NCBI RefSeq assembly: GCF_018977255.1
Contig: NW_024704743.1
Location: forward strand, 80,602,001 to 80,666,000
Length of the DNA: 64,000 nt
Direction of reading: 5' to 3'
From: Callorhinchus milii
Taxonomy: Eukaryota
Of the stretch, positions 1-12,297 are shown piece after piece. Under the pieces are notes generated by a model. That model had not been told where the DNA came from. It saw nothing but the letters and a program-made list of their open reading frames with translations, and did no database searches. Position 1 is the stretch's first letter, and each line of letters starts with the position of its first letter. A program made the position numbers and the translations under genes.

Positions 1-2055
1 CGGCCACAGCCAGTCATAGCCACAGCCAGCCCCGGCCACAGCCAGTCATAGCCACAGCCAGCCCCGGCCATAGCCAACCCGGGCCACAGCCAGTCATAGC
101 CACAGCCAGCCCCGGCCATAGCCACAGCCAGCCCCGGCCACAGCCAGTCATAGCCACAACCAGCCCCGGCCATAGCCATAGCCAGCCCCGGCCATAGCCA
201 GCCATAGCCACAGCCAGCCCCGGCCATAGCCAGCCACAGCCAGCCCCGGCCATAGCCATAGCCAGCCCCGGCCATAGCCAGTCATAGCCACAGCCAGCCC
301 CGGCCATAGCCATAGCCAGCCCCGGCCACAGCCAGCCATAGCCACAGCCAGCCCCGGCCACAGCCAGCCACAGCCAGCCCCGGCCATAGCCAGCCCCGGC
401 CACAGCCAGCCCCGGCCACAGCCAGCCCCGGCCACAGCCAGCCATAGCCACAGCCAGCCCCGGCCATAGCCAGCCACAGCCACAGCCATAGCCAGCCCCG
501 GCCATAGCCAGTCATAGCCACAGCCAGCCCCGGCCATAGCCATAGCCAGCCCCGGCCACAGCCAGCCATAGCCACAGCCAGCCCCGGCCATAGCCACAGC
601 CAGCCCCGGCCACAGCCAGTCATAGCCACAACCAGCCCCGGCCATAGCCATAGCCAGCCCCGGCCATAGCCAGCCATAGCCACAGCCAGCCCCGGCCATA
701 GCCATAGCCAGCCCCGGCCATAGCCAGTCATAGCCACAGCCAGCCCCGGCCATAGCCATAGCCAGCCCCGGCCACAGCCAGCCATAGCCACAGCCAGCCC
801 CGGCCATAGCCATAGCCAGCCCCGGCCACAGCCAGCCATAGCCACAGCCAGCCCCGGCCATAGCCATAGCCAGCCCCGGCCATAGCCAGCCATAGCCACA
901 GCCAGCCCCGGCCATAGCCATAGCCAGCCCCGGCCACAGCCAGCCATAGCCACAGCCAGCCCCGGCCATAGCCATAGCCAGCCCCGGCCACAGCCAGCCA
1001 TAGCCACAGCCAGCCCCGGCCATAGCCATAGCCAGCCCCGGCCACAGCCAGCCATAGCCACAGCCAGCCCCGGCCATAGCCATAGCCAGCCCCGGCCACA
1101 GCCAGCCATAGCCACAGCCAGCCCCGGCCATAGCCATAGCCAGCCCCGGCCACAGCCAGCCATAGCCACAGCCAGCCCCGGCCATAGCCATAGCCAGCCC
1201 CGGCCACAGCCAGCCATAGCCACAGCCAGCCCCGGCCATAGCCATAGCCAGCCCCGGCCACAGCCATAGCCAGCCCCGGCCACGGCCAGCCCCGGCCACA
1301 GCCATAGCCAGCCATAGCCAGGCCCAGCCATAGCCAGCCCCAGCCATAGCCAGCCATAGCCAGCCCCAGCCATAGCCAGCCCCAGCCACAGCCACAGCCA
1401 GCCCCAGCCATAGCCAGCCCCAGCCATAGCCAGCCACAGCCACAGCCAGCCCCAGCCATAGCCAGCCACAGCCATAGCCAGCCCCAGCCATAGCCAGCCC
1501 CAGCCATAGCCAGCCACAGCCCCAGCCACAGCCATAGCCAGCCCCAGCCATAGCCAGCCCCAGCCACAGCCAGCCCCAGCCATAGCCAGCCACAGCCCCA
1601 GCCACAGCCAGCCCCAGCCATAGCCAGCCCCAGCCACAGCCAGCCACAGCCATAGCCAGCCCCAGCCATAGCCAGCCCCAGCCACAGCCCCAGCCACAGC
1701 CAGCCCCAGCCATAGCCATAGCCAGCCACAGCCCCAGCCACAGCCACAGCCACAGCCAGCCCCAGCCATAGCCAGCCCCAGCCATAGCCAGCCCCAGCCC
1801 CAGCCCCAGCCATAGCCAGCCCCAGCCTTAGCCAGCCCCAGCCCCAGCCAGCCCCAGCCTTAGCCAGCCCCAGCCCCAGCCCCAGCCAGCCCCAGCCATA
1901 GCCAGCCCCAGCCCCAGCCAGCCCCAGCCATAGCCAGCCCCAGCCCCAGCCAGCCCCAGCCCCAGCCATAGCCAGCCCCAGCCCCAGCCATAGCCAGCCC
2001 CAGCCCCAGCCATAGCCAGCCCCAGCCCCAGCCAGCCCCAGCCATAGCCAGCCAG
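1..2055. repeat. C-rich satellite/minisatellite built from AGCC, ATAGCC, ACAGCC and CCCCGGCC/CCCCAGCC motifs; 54-bp higher-order unit in the middle
   Basis: Direct reading. The unit CGGCCACAGCCAGCCATAGCCACAGCCAGCCCCGGCCATAGCCATAGCCAGCCC (e.g. 931-984) repeats near-perfectly over ~730-1260. The array runs off the left edge. The long G/W/L/A ORFs on the minus strand are translations of this repeat. Confidence 0.97.
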
Positions 2056-2859
2056 CTCCCTGAAACGTCACAGGCAAAACTGCATTGGATCACAGCTCAG
2101 TGACTAAATGCACAAAAATTGGGACTTGCCCAAGAGAGCGAGAGAACAGATTAACAACAATGTGCAAGGCGAGGGTGGAAACACCACTGTCATTCTTTCA
2201 AATGCAAAAATAGATCGATTTCTTTTAGGAAATGATATTTTGGGATACAGTATATGAGTAGTTCAGGACACGGCACCCTCTCAGGCATGGAAGGTGAACT
2301 GGGTGGACCTTGATTATTTTTCGTGTAGCATTTCCTATGCAAAGCCTGACTGTCAAACCTACTTTCATATCGCGTGCCAGGTCTAAGGCAATTCTTTAGG
2401 ATAAGGAGAGCTCGTTGTACACTTAAGTAATTTTATATCAAGTGGTTTTCTAACAAAAGGCGCAGGAAGAAGGACATTCATACATTTGAATGATGCTTAT
2501 CTTTGAAAATTGTCTAAAAATAATGTAAGATTGTTAAAACACAATAATATTTTTTATATATAATATTAAGTTATTTAGGTTTTCTCAAAATCTCCCAGGA
2601 CATCAGGGAGGGGACAGGGCAGTTTAATCTACTGCCAGGGAATTTCTCAATGGGCTGTTCAGTTACAAGTCGCTTAACATGTGTAATATGGTAATTGACC
2701 ACAAGGTATTAATTTATGATCGTGTGTTGTAATGGCCCAGTTGTGTTCAGTAGTCTGTCTGTTCTCTATGTGGTGTACAGATGCCTGCACCAATCTATCT
2801 CCATTTGCGAAATGAGCAGCTGCATGTGTCTGTTTTCTATGCCATTGTGCAATGATAGA

Positions 2860-3240
2860 GAGGTTGTGGGTATGTACCCACTATCACTTTTAATAGTAAT
2901 CCTTGCGATTGATATAGCAACTCATCACGTCATCAAGATATTTCAAGGCACTTCACGGGAATTAAAGTGACTGTATTTTGTAGGTGAATTCAACAACTAA
3001 TTTCCACACAACAATGTCCCACAAACAGTTATAAAGTAAGTGATCAATTGCATTTGGGGGATTGTTGGCTAGGACACTCAGATTAAGTATTTTCTCTTTT
3101 CGAATAGTGCGATCGGATCTTTAACATCCACCTGAACAGGCAAACAGGACCTTGGATTTAACATCTCATCCAAAGGTTGTCCGACAATGCAGCACTCCCC
3201 CAGCACTGCATTAGAGCATCAACACAGACTACATTTAGGG
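2860..3240 (-). mobile_element. Old Deu-core tRNA-derived SINE (SacSINE1/DeuSINE-like), degraded
   Basis: Reverse complement matches the old-SINE body seen elsewhere in the window (TTCAGGTGGATGTTAAAGAT, TGTTTGTGGGACATTG). Confidence 0.65.
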
Positions 3241-3914
3241 TTCCAAGTCCTGACATATGCTTGTTTGCTCACAAAACCTACAATCACTCCAAGCAATTTG
3301 AGACATCCTCTCGACATGAAAGCAAATGTAAGGATTATTATATTGTCATTGTGCTGACCATGTGTAAAATGCCTGTGTGCACAGGTGTTCATGATTATGA
3401 AAGTAACATCAGGTGATGGTTATCCTTTTCATTGATGAATTAATAACTACGAGCATCTGTAATTGCCACTGTACATATGTTTTTACACACGGTTAGCACA
3501 TCCTGCAAGCTTTTAACACCTGGGTTGTTAAACCCAGCCACAAATTAGGTCCCCAAGGCATGCTGTGCTGGTATGTTTCCCTTATTGTTATTCTGTTATT
3601 TTGCATTTACACTATGGGTTGGCTGACAACAGTACTCCTGGGGTGAACTGAAATTTAAGGAAGATGGTTTACTTGGAGCGACTAAAGCTGAGCCAATTCT
3701 GCCGCTGGAAACCTCTTCCACAGCTGCCTCTGCTCTCAGGGACTGAATGGCCAGCCGGGGCTTTTCTTCCTGCTCATTGGTGGAAATGTGTGACTTCATC
3801 CTGTGGGATGAGCAAAAATAAAACTTGTTTTGATCGCAACCGAATTGGCAGTGATAACAGGGGTAGATAAGGATTTGACATTCAACTGCACCTGCCAGCC
3901 TCCATTGTTTAGGT

Positions 3915-3985
3915 TCAGCACCTTGGGACGTCCTCCCGACATGAAAGGCACTATACAAATGTAATTTTGTTGTTGTTGTTGTTGT
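3915..3985 (+). mobile_element. L2 LINE 3' tail only
   Basis: CAGCACCTTGGGACGTCCTCCCGACATGAAAGGCACTATACAAATGTAA followed by (TTG)n, the same as the ends of longer L2 copies here. Confidence 0.8.
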
Positions 3986-4029
3986 CGTCGTGGTCAGTAG
4001 GATTGTCAAATGTTTCATGCAATGGGTTG

Positions 4030-4280
4030 AGGTGTCAGCTTGGCTCAGTTGGTAGCATTCTCATCTTTGGGTCAGAACTTTGTGGATTCAAGCACCATGT
4101 CAGGGACTTTGAACTCAGGAGTCTATGCTGACTCCATTTCATTGTCAGAGGTGCTGTGCTTCAGATGAGATGTTAGATCAATTTTCCATCTGCGTGTTCA
4201 GGTGGATGTTAAAGAGCCCATGGTGCAATATGAAAACAAAAGTGAGTTTCTCCCAATGTTTAGGCCAGCAATGCCTCAGA
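4030..4280 (+). mobile_element. Old Deu-core tRNA-derived SINE, 5' part
   Basis: Head GTGTCAGCTTGGCTCAGTTGGTAGCA (A box) and body TTCAGGTGGATGTTAAAGAGCCCATGG. Confidence 0.7.
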
Positions 4281-4293
4281 TAATTTGGTTATA

Positions 4294-4611
4294 TAATAAT
4301 AATAATAATCCTTGCATTTGATATAGCGCTTTTCACATCTTCTAGACGTCTCAAAGCACTTTACAGAATAGACTGTAAAGTGAATTGACTGTATATTTGT
4401 TGCCAAAACGCGGCAGCCAATTGCGCACAGCAGTGTCCGACAAACAGTCGTGGATTGAAGTGACCAATTTCATTATTGTTTTTTTCTTTCTTGAGGGATT
4501 ATTATTAGGCATGTGGAGTAAGGAAACTTGCCCAAGATTTCACTTGCTGGGAATCGAACCTAGGTCTCTCACTTGCGAGGCAGTACTCCAACCATTGAGC
4601 TACAGGACTCC
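4294..4611 (-). mobile_element. Young tRNA(Ala)-derived SINE, full length
   Basis: Reverse complement gives head GGAGTCCTGTAGCTCAATGG, core GCTGTGCGCAATTGGCTGCCGCG, L2-like tail and (ATT)n. Confidence 0.92.
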
Positions 4612-5229
4612 TCAATAAGTTATGTTAAAATAGTGAGGATTCCTTTCCAATGCTTTTTGTTGTAGTCTTTGCATATTATTGCATTTTCATTTTGCTTGTG
4701 GTAGCTGTTTTCTGTGCTTAGTAGTAGTTTAATGCATGTGATGGTCACATTCTATCAATAGCTAAATGCTATTAAGACAAAAAGGTAAACCTTGGCGGAC
4801 ACAAATTACACTTACAGTGAAGTATGTATTTGTGGTAAGTTGAAGAGGACATATTAGTCAGCTTCAGCAAAGAGGAAACTTCAGCAAAAAAAGCGGAGCG
4901 ATATATAATAATAATTCTTGCATGTCTTTTTTTCTTTTTCAAATAGTGTTGTTCGCCTACAAAATACAGTCATTACACTTTACAGTAATTCCTGAGAAGT
5001 ACTTTGAGATATCTTGATAACACAATAAGGCACTTCATCAAATGCAAGGGTTATTATTATATGGGATCTTTAATATCCATCTGAACAGGCATGACTTCAG
5101 TTTAATGTCTCATTCAAAGGACAGCATCTTTGACAATTCAGCACTATGCAGCACTGCCTAGACAATGAGCCCAAGCCCCAATGTGAGGTTTGCTATCCCT
5201 TGAGCCAAGCTGCCATGAAGAGACAAACC

Positions 5230-7570
5230 AGGTTTCTGGAGAAGCTTTTTTTTGTACCATGTGAAATGTGTATCATGTGAGATTGTGGAGAGTCTAGTGA
5301 TCATTGCTGAACTTGGGAGTTCTAGAAGAAAATACAAGTTTTAATATGGAAGAAGAAAAATATCACATCAAGGTGTAGACACAACCAAGATTTTTAGGGT
5401 GCTTCAATTGTGTTTTCCTTGGCTCCTTACTTTGTATTGGAAGCAACTTTGTATGGTGTGCAATGTCTAAATATTTCCTCTCCGGTGAGTCTACACATGA
5501 GCTTGTGGTATGTAGACTGAAGTGGAAAGACCTTAAATCAAGATTCAGATATGGTCAGAGTCTAGGTGACAAAAGGCAGTTCCCATTGAAAAGAGAACCT
5601 TGTCACTGGAGTGAAAATGTAGAACTAGTATAGCCAATATTCAGTCACAATTTGAAAACAATTTGGTTTCTGTAATCAATGCACTTAAAAATGCATGTTA
5701 CCTGCAGTTTTTNCTTGTTTAGGCAAACAATAATGAAGTTTAATCCATTCACGGCTGAATATTAGGGCTTGTCAAACTCAAGACAAGGCTATATTTGACC
5801 AATATTTGAGGCAGACCATACAGAATGAAATCATTCAGCTATTTTATAGTTCTGGATGTGAAAATAACTGTGACCCAGACAAAGAAGTATTGTTTACTAA
5901 TTTTGAACTTTACTTTGGAGATAAGTTGGGAGTTATACACGCACCATGTGGTTAGATTTGTGGAGCTGCTGTAATAACATTAAAGGCATTTTTAGTAATA
6001 AATGATACAACTGATCTAGAATTAAGAGCAGCATATGTTTTAACCCAGAAAGGACACAATTACTCCTTTAGGGAAGCCATGCTCGATGGTAGTAATATGA
6101 AAGGAAAAAGCACAGATGTGCAGGCATATATAAGATGATTAAAATGAAGAGCATTTTATAGGTCATCTTGTGAGTGATGGAACCAATTGATTTACAATTG
6201 TTGTCATTTGTTTGACTACAATCATAAGATGTATCATTTTTCATCTGTCTCAACTCTTTGAAGAAAAATTCTGAGGGGAAACAAGTTAACCTGACTGCAA
6301 AATCACATGCAAAAATGCTTTGGGATTGCTAGATAAAAATTGTGATAAATATGCGATCAGTGTGTTGAATTTGAGAATGTTTAAAGGGAGCTGTGAAAGT
6401 CAAAGGTCCCCCAGCATTACATGTGATGGGGACCCAGCTAAATTGTTATTGTACAAACTTATTGTGCCAGTAATTGTGCCAGTAATTTTATTGCAGGATA
6501 TGACAATAGCAAGAATATCTTCCAAAAGTACAGAGAGAATGGGTTTGAATGGGCTGCCCTGGTTATTCCTTATGAATTAGTGAAAAAAAGATGGACATAC
6601 TGTATCATTTTAATTTCCTCAAATAAGAAACATGCAAATAAAAAGTGATTGCACATGTTTGAGAACTGACTGAAGGAGAGAATGAGACAATCCAAAATCT
6701 GAAAGAGGAATTTGGATTTGAGTGTTTTGTTGGCTACAACAAAGCAGTTTCAGGAAATCTTGGAGTTTCTGTAAACTTTTAAATTTCTTGCCAACATCAA
6801 AACCCTCAGTAGAATTTCAGCTGAAGATTTTTTAAAATTGGTCAGCCGGGTGTCTGACACATGCAAAAACACATCACCATGATTAAGAGTATCCAAATTA
6901 GATTGAGATTTCCATATATGTGTGACACCTGCACATAGAAATTACCCTGTGTCTGGAATGCAATGAATTAATTTGAATCAGCTAGCTAGAGGTATGTCAA
7001 TTCAGTTAGAGTACTGCTGACTTGGTCTGGAAACAGGCATCCCTCCAGGAAGAGACTGCATAATTCCATTCCATCAAATATCTCTGAAATTTCCATGTGT
7101 AGGTGGGATGCATGGAGTTCTCAGTTTGGTTTGGATAATCGTAAGCACGCTGATAGGTTTCAGTATATTTCAGACACTCTACTGACCAAATAAAATCCCA
7201 TTAACAGGTGAGCTAAATAATTGAGGAGGACAATGCAGGAAATGGAAGAAAAGCGGATGTGGTGAGGAATCTCTTGGACTTTGACTCTTTGGATGCATGA
7301 GCTGAAAATATTTTGTTGAAATGATCCCAAGCGGAAAATCCCCCAAAGAAAATTAAGTTTATCTTGGGCAATAAACCGTAGCAGATACAGTGTATCCCTA
7401 ACACCTGCCATGGTGCTATGCCTTTCCTGGTTGTGTTTGTAACTGTAGCAATTGCAAAACACGGCTTTTCGAAAGTGAAACTGGTCAAGTCCGATTGAGA
7501 TCTACAATGAGCCAGGAAAGGCTTTGTGGATTAGTAAGTAGTTTAATTGAACATAAAAAAACGTGAACTA
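5230..7570 (+). pseudogene. Highly decayed hAT-superfamily (Tip100/ZMYM1-like) transposase fossil
   Basis: Manual translation gives YLRQTIQNEIIQL (~5803-5841; cf. the YLSxxIQNExI motif), HHVVRFV (~5940), and YPNTCHGAMPFLVVFVTVAIAKHGFSKVKLVK/LRSTMSQERLCGLVSSLIEH (~7393-7553; hAT C-terminal dimerisation domain, with a frameshift). It has many stops and frameshifts, and the left boundary is uncertain. Confidence 0.75.
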
Positions 7571-8597
7571 TTCACCTTGGTGGGGGTGGGAGGTAAGCAG
7601 GGTATCCTTATAGTGAACTGGCTTGAAGGTGACATGTTTGGCAAAGGAATGGCAGAATCAAACACATCGTCTGTGGTGATGGTCCAGTTCCTGAGCCAGA
7701 TGGATCCGCTGTATTCCAGAGCACTGCTGATGACAGCACAGCCGGCCTGGCGTGTCAGCAGGACTTAGAAGGGCAGACCAATCACTGGGGGCAGGGACCC
7801 TTCCTACTCAGTTCCCGAGTTCCCAAAGCCTTAACAGGTAGAGTGGTCCTATCTGGACAAGCAGCGGGAGAGCTTACCTAGCTGTGTTGTTTTTATGTTT
7901 AACAATACATGCAATTGCATTGCTGGTGAATTAATTCAATTATTAACCCAAAACATATTAATGTAATCATATGTAAATCAATATCTATGCTGATGTTCCT
8001 TTGTGCAGTATTGAGTCTTTAATCATGATAGTCTCAGGATCAGTTGCTGGTCAGTGCTGAGTTGGTTAATATGTTTATTATATATGGCTAGGAAGGGAAA
8101 ACAATGTCTAGGACCTTACTGATCAACATCAAAGTTTGAACTGTCTTCTGCAAAAACGGCATATGGAATTGGGCAAACCTTCCTTGAGAGATATTTGTTA
8201 TACTCTTTTACTTGATTTGTACAACTCTAGTACTGTATAATAATCTTACTATATGTAAGAAGCAAATTAATCTGATTCAGCTAGCTAGAGGAATTAATCC
8301 AGTTAGAAGAATACTGCTGAATTAGTCTGGAATTGGATTAAATGCCTACCGTGTTGCCCTAGGGAATGTTGTGTACGATAAGTAACAAGCAAGAGAATGT
8401 GGTATATAGTAATCTTGTCTCATCATCAACAATAAAAACATTTAAATGGATAGATGCACAAAATATATCCCAAGGGAATTGCTGATACAATGACAATATT
8501 TAGAAGAGAAATAAACATAACAGAAATACACATTCATTACCCTTACTCTAGAGCTAGGCAATTGCAGAAAAACTGCAGGATTCAAATTTTTAGCAAC

Positions 8598-8780
8598 TTA
8601 TGCGTTAACTTCTCTAATGTATGCTAAGTAAGTGTGTAACTTCCTCTCTAACGTAAGGTGTCAACTTCCCAACAGATGCAGTATTCAGTACATGTGTTGA
8701 TTGATGTCCTTTCTAATGAAAGCTATGTATGTGTGTTAACTTCCTCTCAAATGAAAACTATGTATGTGTGTTAACTTCTG
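8598..8780. repeat. Degenerate ~35-bp minisatellite
   Basis: AATGAAA(G/A)CTATGTATGTGTGTTAACTTC occurs twice in tandem (~8716-8778), with 2-3 degenerate units upstream. Confidence 0.7.
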
Positions 8781-9325
8781 CTCCATAAAAGAGAATCAAT
8801 TTCCATATGACAGTGGAGTAACCTTTTTACTGTATTAGGCTATCTTGTGGTTATCCAGGGGAGGGAAGGAATGTCTGTGCTGACTTTCCTGTGGCTTGTA
8901 CAGGGAAATAAACCAGAGGGGATAAATAATTGAAACCACCAACACATATTGCTGGTCCTTAGTAATTGATGGAAATGTCCGTGGTAAATTGTAAATTTGC
9001 TTCTTCCCTTGATTTAAAGGGAATGTCTCTATAAGTCAAAATTATATATCATGCACCTGTTAGGGTGAGTATTCTGGAAGGATGAGATCAAATGGGCCAA
9101 AGGGCATTCTTCATCAAAACCTCTCTTGTGATCTTGTAACCACTGAAATAATAGTCAATAGGTCAACTTAGTAGCTCTATAATATTAATGCAAAATATGC
9201 TCCCTCTCCCGTGCATGTCCCACCGAGTCACAAACACAGTCTACAATGTTTGTGAAGCCATGTCTGTGGCACTGCACTTACAGCTTGTGAATGTGAACCA
9301 GATGTGCAATGTCTCACACCATCAT

Positions 9326-9645
9326 TAATAATAATAATAATAATCCGTGCATTTGATATAGTGCTTTTCACGTCTTCTCAACGTCTCAAAGCGCTTCACA
9401 GAATATGCTGTAAAATGAATTGACTGTATATTTGTGGGCGAAACGCGGCAGCCAATTGCGCACAGCAATGTCCCACAAACAGTTGTGGATTGAAAATGAC
9501 CAATTTATTATTTTTTTTGTTTTAGAGGGATTATTATTAGGCGTGTGGAGTAAGGAAACTTGCCCAAGGTTTTGCCCTGCCTGGAATTGAACCCAGGTGT
9601 CTCGCTTGCAGGGCGAGTGCTCTAACCACTGAGCTACAGGACTCC
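9326..9645 (-). mobile_element. Young tRNA(Ala)-derived SINE, full length
   Basis: Complete head, core and tail; near-identical to the copy at 40659. Confidence 0.95.
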
Positions 9646-9686
9646 ACATTATTATTATTATTAATGATGGTGTGAGACATTACACA

Positions 9687-9898
9687 TAATAATCCCTCCA
9701 AAACCAAAAACAATAATAAATTGGTCATTTTCAATCTACGACTGTTTGTGGGACATTGCTGTGCGCAATTGGCTGCCGCGTTCGCCCACAAAAAATACAG
9801 TCAATTCACTTTACAGTGTGTTCTGTGAAGCGCTTTGGGACGTCCTCCCGACATGAAAAGCGCTATATCAAATGCAAGGATTATTATTATTATTATTA
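9687..9898 (+). mobile_element. Young SINE, 5'-truncated (CTCCC-loop subfamily)
   Basis: Starts at AATAATCCCTCC; ends GGGACGTCCTCCCGACATGAAAAGCGCTATATCAAATGCAAGG(ATT)n. Confidence 0.92.
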
Positions 9899-10069
9899 TC
9901 TGGTTCACATTCACAAGCTGTAAGTGCAGTGCCACAGACATGGCTTCACAAACGCTGTAGACTGTGTTTCTGACTCAGTGGGACATGCACGGGGGAGGGA
10001 GCGTATGTTGTATTAATATCATATAGACTACTAAGTCCAATTAAGGACTTAGCCATCGAGAATGTTGCC

Positions 10070-10595
10070 TAAATAGGTGGCTCAGCTTGTAGCACTTTCG
10101 CCTCTGAGTCAAATTGGTATACGATGGGCCACATCAGATCTTTGAATTCATATAGTTTAGGCTGACACTATAGCACGTTCGCCTCTGAGTCAAATTGGTA
10201 CACGATGGGCCACATCAGATCTTTGAATTCATATAGTTTAGGCTGACACTCCAATACGGTGCTGGGGTGTTCTTCTTTGTTGGAGGTGCTGTCCTTTTGA
10301 TGAGGTGTTAAACTGAGATCCCATCTGCCTGTTTAGGTGCACGGTAAGGATTCCATGGCACTACTGGAAAAGAGAAGTAATGTTCTCCTGGTGTCCTGGC
10401 CAACAATCCCCCAAATAAAATTCGTCATTCACTTCATATCTGTTTGTGGGACATTGCTGTGTGTAAATTGGCTGCTGCTTTGACTACAAAATACAGTGTT
10501 TCTATATTTTACCTGTGAAACACTTTCATGTGAAGAGCTTTTAGACATGCTCCCAACATGAAAGGTGCTATATCAAATTCAAGGATTATTAATAA
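10070..10595 (+). mobile_element. Old Deu-core SINE with internal 81-bp tandem duplication
   Basis: Old-type head and body plus core TGTTTGTGGGACATTGCTGTG. 10090-10170 is repeated at 10171-10250. Confidence 0.8.
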
Positions 10596-11910
10596 TATTA
10601 ATATAGATCTTAAACAATGCTGATAAATCGATCTCAATAATAACATTGATTTTGAGCCACTAAAACATTGGCATTTAGATAGACATTCTACATGTTACCA
10701 CTTAACCTCAAACAATTCAAACATCCTATCTGGTGCTTACTATATAGAGGAAATGTAGTAAATTGGATGGTTCTAATATTTCAAGTTGTTTTTAAAAGCT
10801 CTTTCAGAAATTTCGTTTACTCTATGCGAATCAATTACTCTATGTGTTATAATCATATTACCAAACTGACAGCTATGATACATTTCACAAATTAATTATG
10901 TTTGTGTTAAAGACACTGAATATCTCAATTTGATTCTGTTGGTTGTAAAATCCTTAATGTTGTTGACAGCTAGCCAAGGCTGCTATATTGAAAGTAATCA
11001 GAGTAGACTATGTATTCATGGTCACCATGCAGTCTTAATTTCTTTTCATAGTATAGTTGCCAATGAAATATGCTGATTATTGTATGGGTCAATTTACCTC
11101 ATCCACAGACAGGAAAGGATCCAGAGAAAGGAAAGAAGAAAGACGAGCTTCCTGACTTGATTGATCAAACATGTGGAATCAGGTTTCATTCAAATACCAT
11201 TAAATAATATATGGCATCCAACTTCTTCAAAGCAAAGATCTATCTGAACATTTTTCTCAGGTTTATAAGGTTTGCGATTTTTATTTATTCTCATTAAATG
11301 TTGACAATTTATTGACCTTTTGGGGGATTTGTTAGTTTTGTTTGTGATTTAAATTTAATTTAGGGCACAGAAATTGATGGAAGCAGCACCACTTGCACAT
11401 GCAGGAAGTGACAACTATGCTGATCATGTAAAGTCAGCCATTTTTGCCATTCAGAACAATAAATAAAGTAAAAGAAAATGTTTTATGATGAGAATTCCTT
11501 CTCCTCACTTTGAAGAAATTTGGAAAATCCAACGAACAGCAATTTTAATTATGCAAACTGGCAAACCTATTTATAAGGCCTTTCTTTAACTTCTTTCAAG
11601 TTTCCTCTCATTTTCTCAGGTGGTAACATTTTCCAAACTTGTGTTGATGTAGTGCCACAAGCAACAACAATCCTCTAGTACCTCACCCAAGTGGTTATTG
11701 CTCACGTGTATGTCTGGACAGTCAGTATCAGCAGGCAACCTGAATTAATGCCAAACCCAGTACTTACTTGCCAGAGCTTCACATATAACAATAATAATAA
11801 TTCGATCACCACCTTGCACATCAGGAGGACATCTCAAAGCACTTCACTGGATTTACTGGGTGACTATTATAACAATAACAACAACTACTTGCATTTATAT
11901 AGCTCCCTTC

Positions 11911-12215
11911 ATAATAATAATAATCTTTGCATTTGATATACCACTTTATCACGTCGTTGAGATGTCTCAAGGTGCTTCACAGAATGTATTGATTGAATTG
12001 ACTAAATTATTATTATTAGTTAATTTTTTTGGAAGGGATTCTTACCCCCAGAAAGCAACTTGGCAATTGATTAACAACTGGGTTTCTACTTACTGTGAAG
12101 TAAACAGAGGCGTGTGGAGTAAAGAAATTTGCCAAAGGTTTTGCCTTGCCCAGGAATCGAACACGGGTCCTCTCGTTTGCAAGGCGAGTCCACTAAGCAA
12201 TAAACTACAGGACTC
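11911..12215 (-). mobile_element. tRNA-derived SINE variant inserted in an older L2-like tail
   Basis: Head remnant CTACAGGACTC at the right end and SINE tail at the left. The flanks (11880-11910, 12216-12290) resemble the old L2 3' end at 33250. Confidence 0.8.
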
Positions 12216-12297
12216 AACAATGCGGGGTATCATCTCAGAGCGATTAACAGTGGCGGAGCTTGACGCTGAGCCAGGAAGAGGGGAAAGGTGACGGTAT

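Larger units (their letters stand above)
9166..10036. repeat. Composite inverted repeat (hairpin/MITE-like arms) containing two SINE insertions
   Basis: 9166-9302 is the reverse complement of 9899-10036, and 9303-9338 of ~9650-9686, both with high identity by eye. Confidence 0.9.

Noticed and set aside
1..2055. Immunoglobulin switch-region or telomere resemblance
   Set aside because: It has GGGCT but essentially no AGCT hotspots, no TTAGGG, and no Ig exons nearby.
14..2093. Long Gly/Trp/Leu/Ala ORFs (up to 545 aa) on the minus strand
   Set aside because: All three frames give the same low-complexity pattern; this is an artefact of the stop-poor satellite.
5713..5713. Single N base
   Set aside because: An assembly ambiguity with no biological signal.
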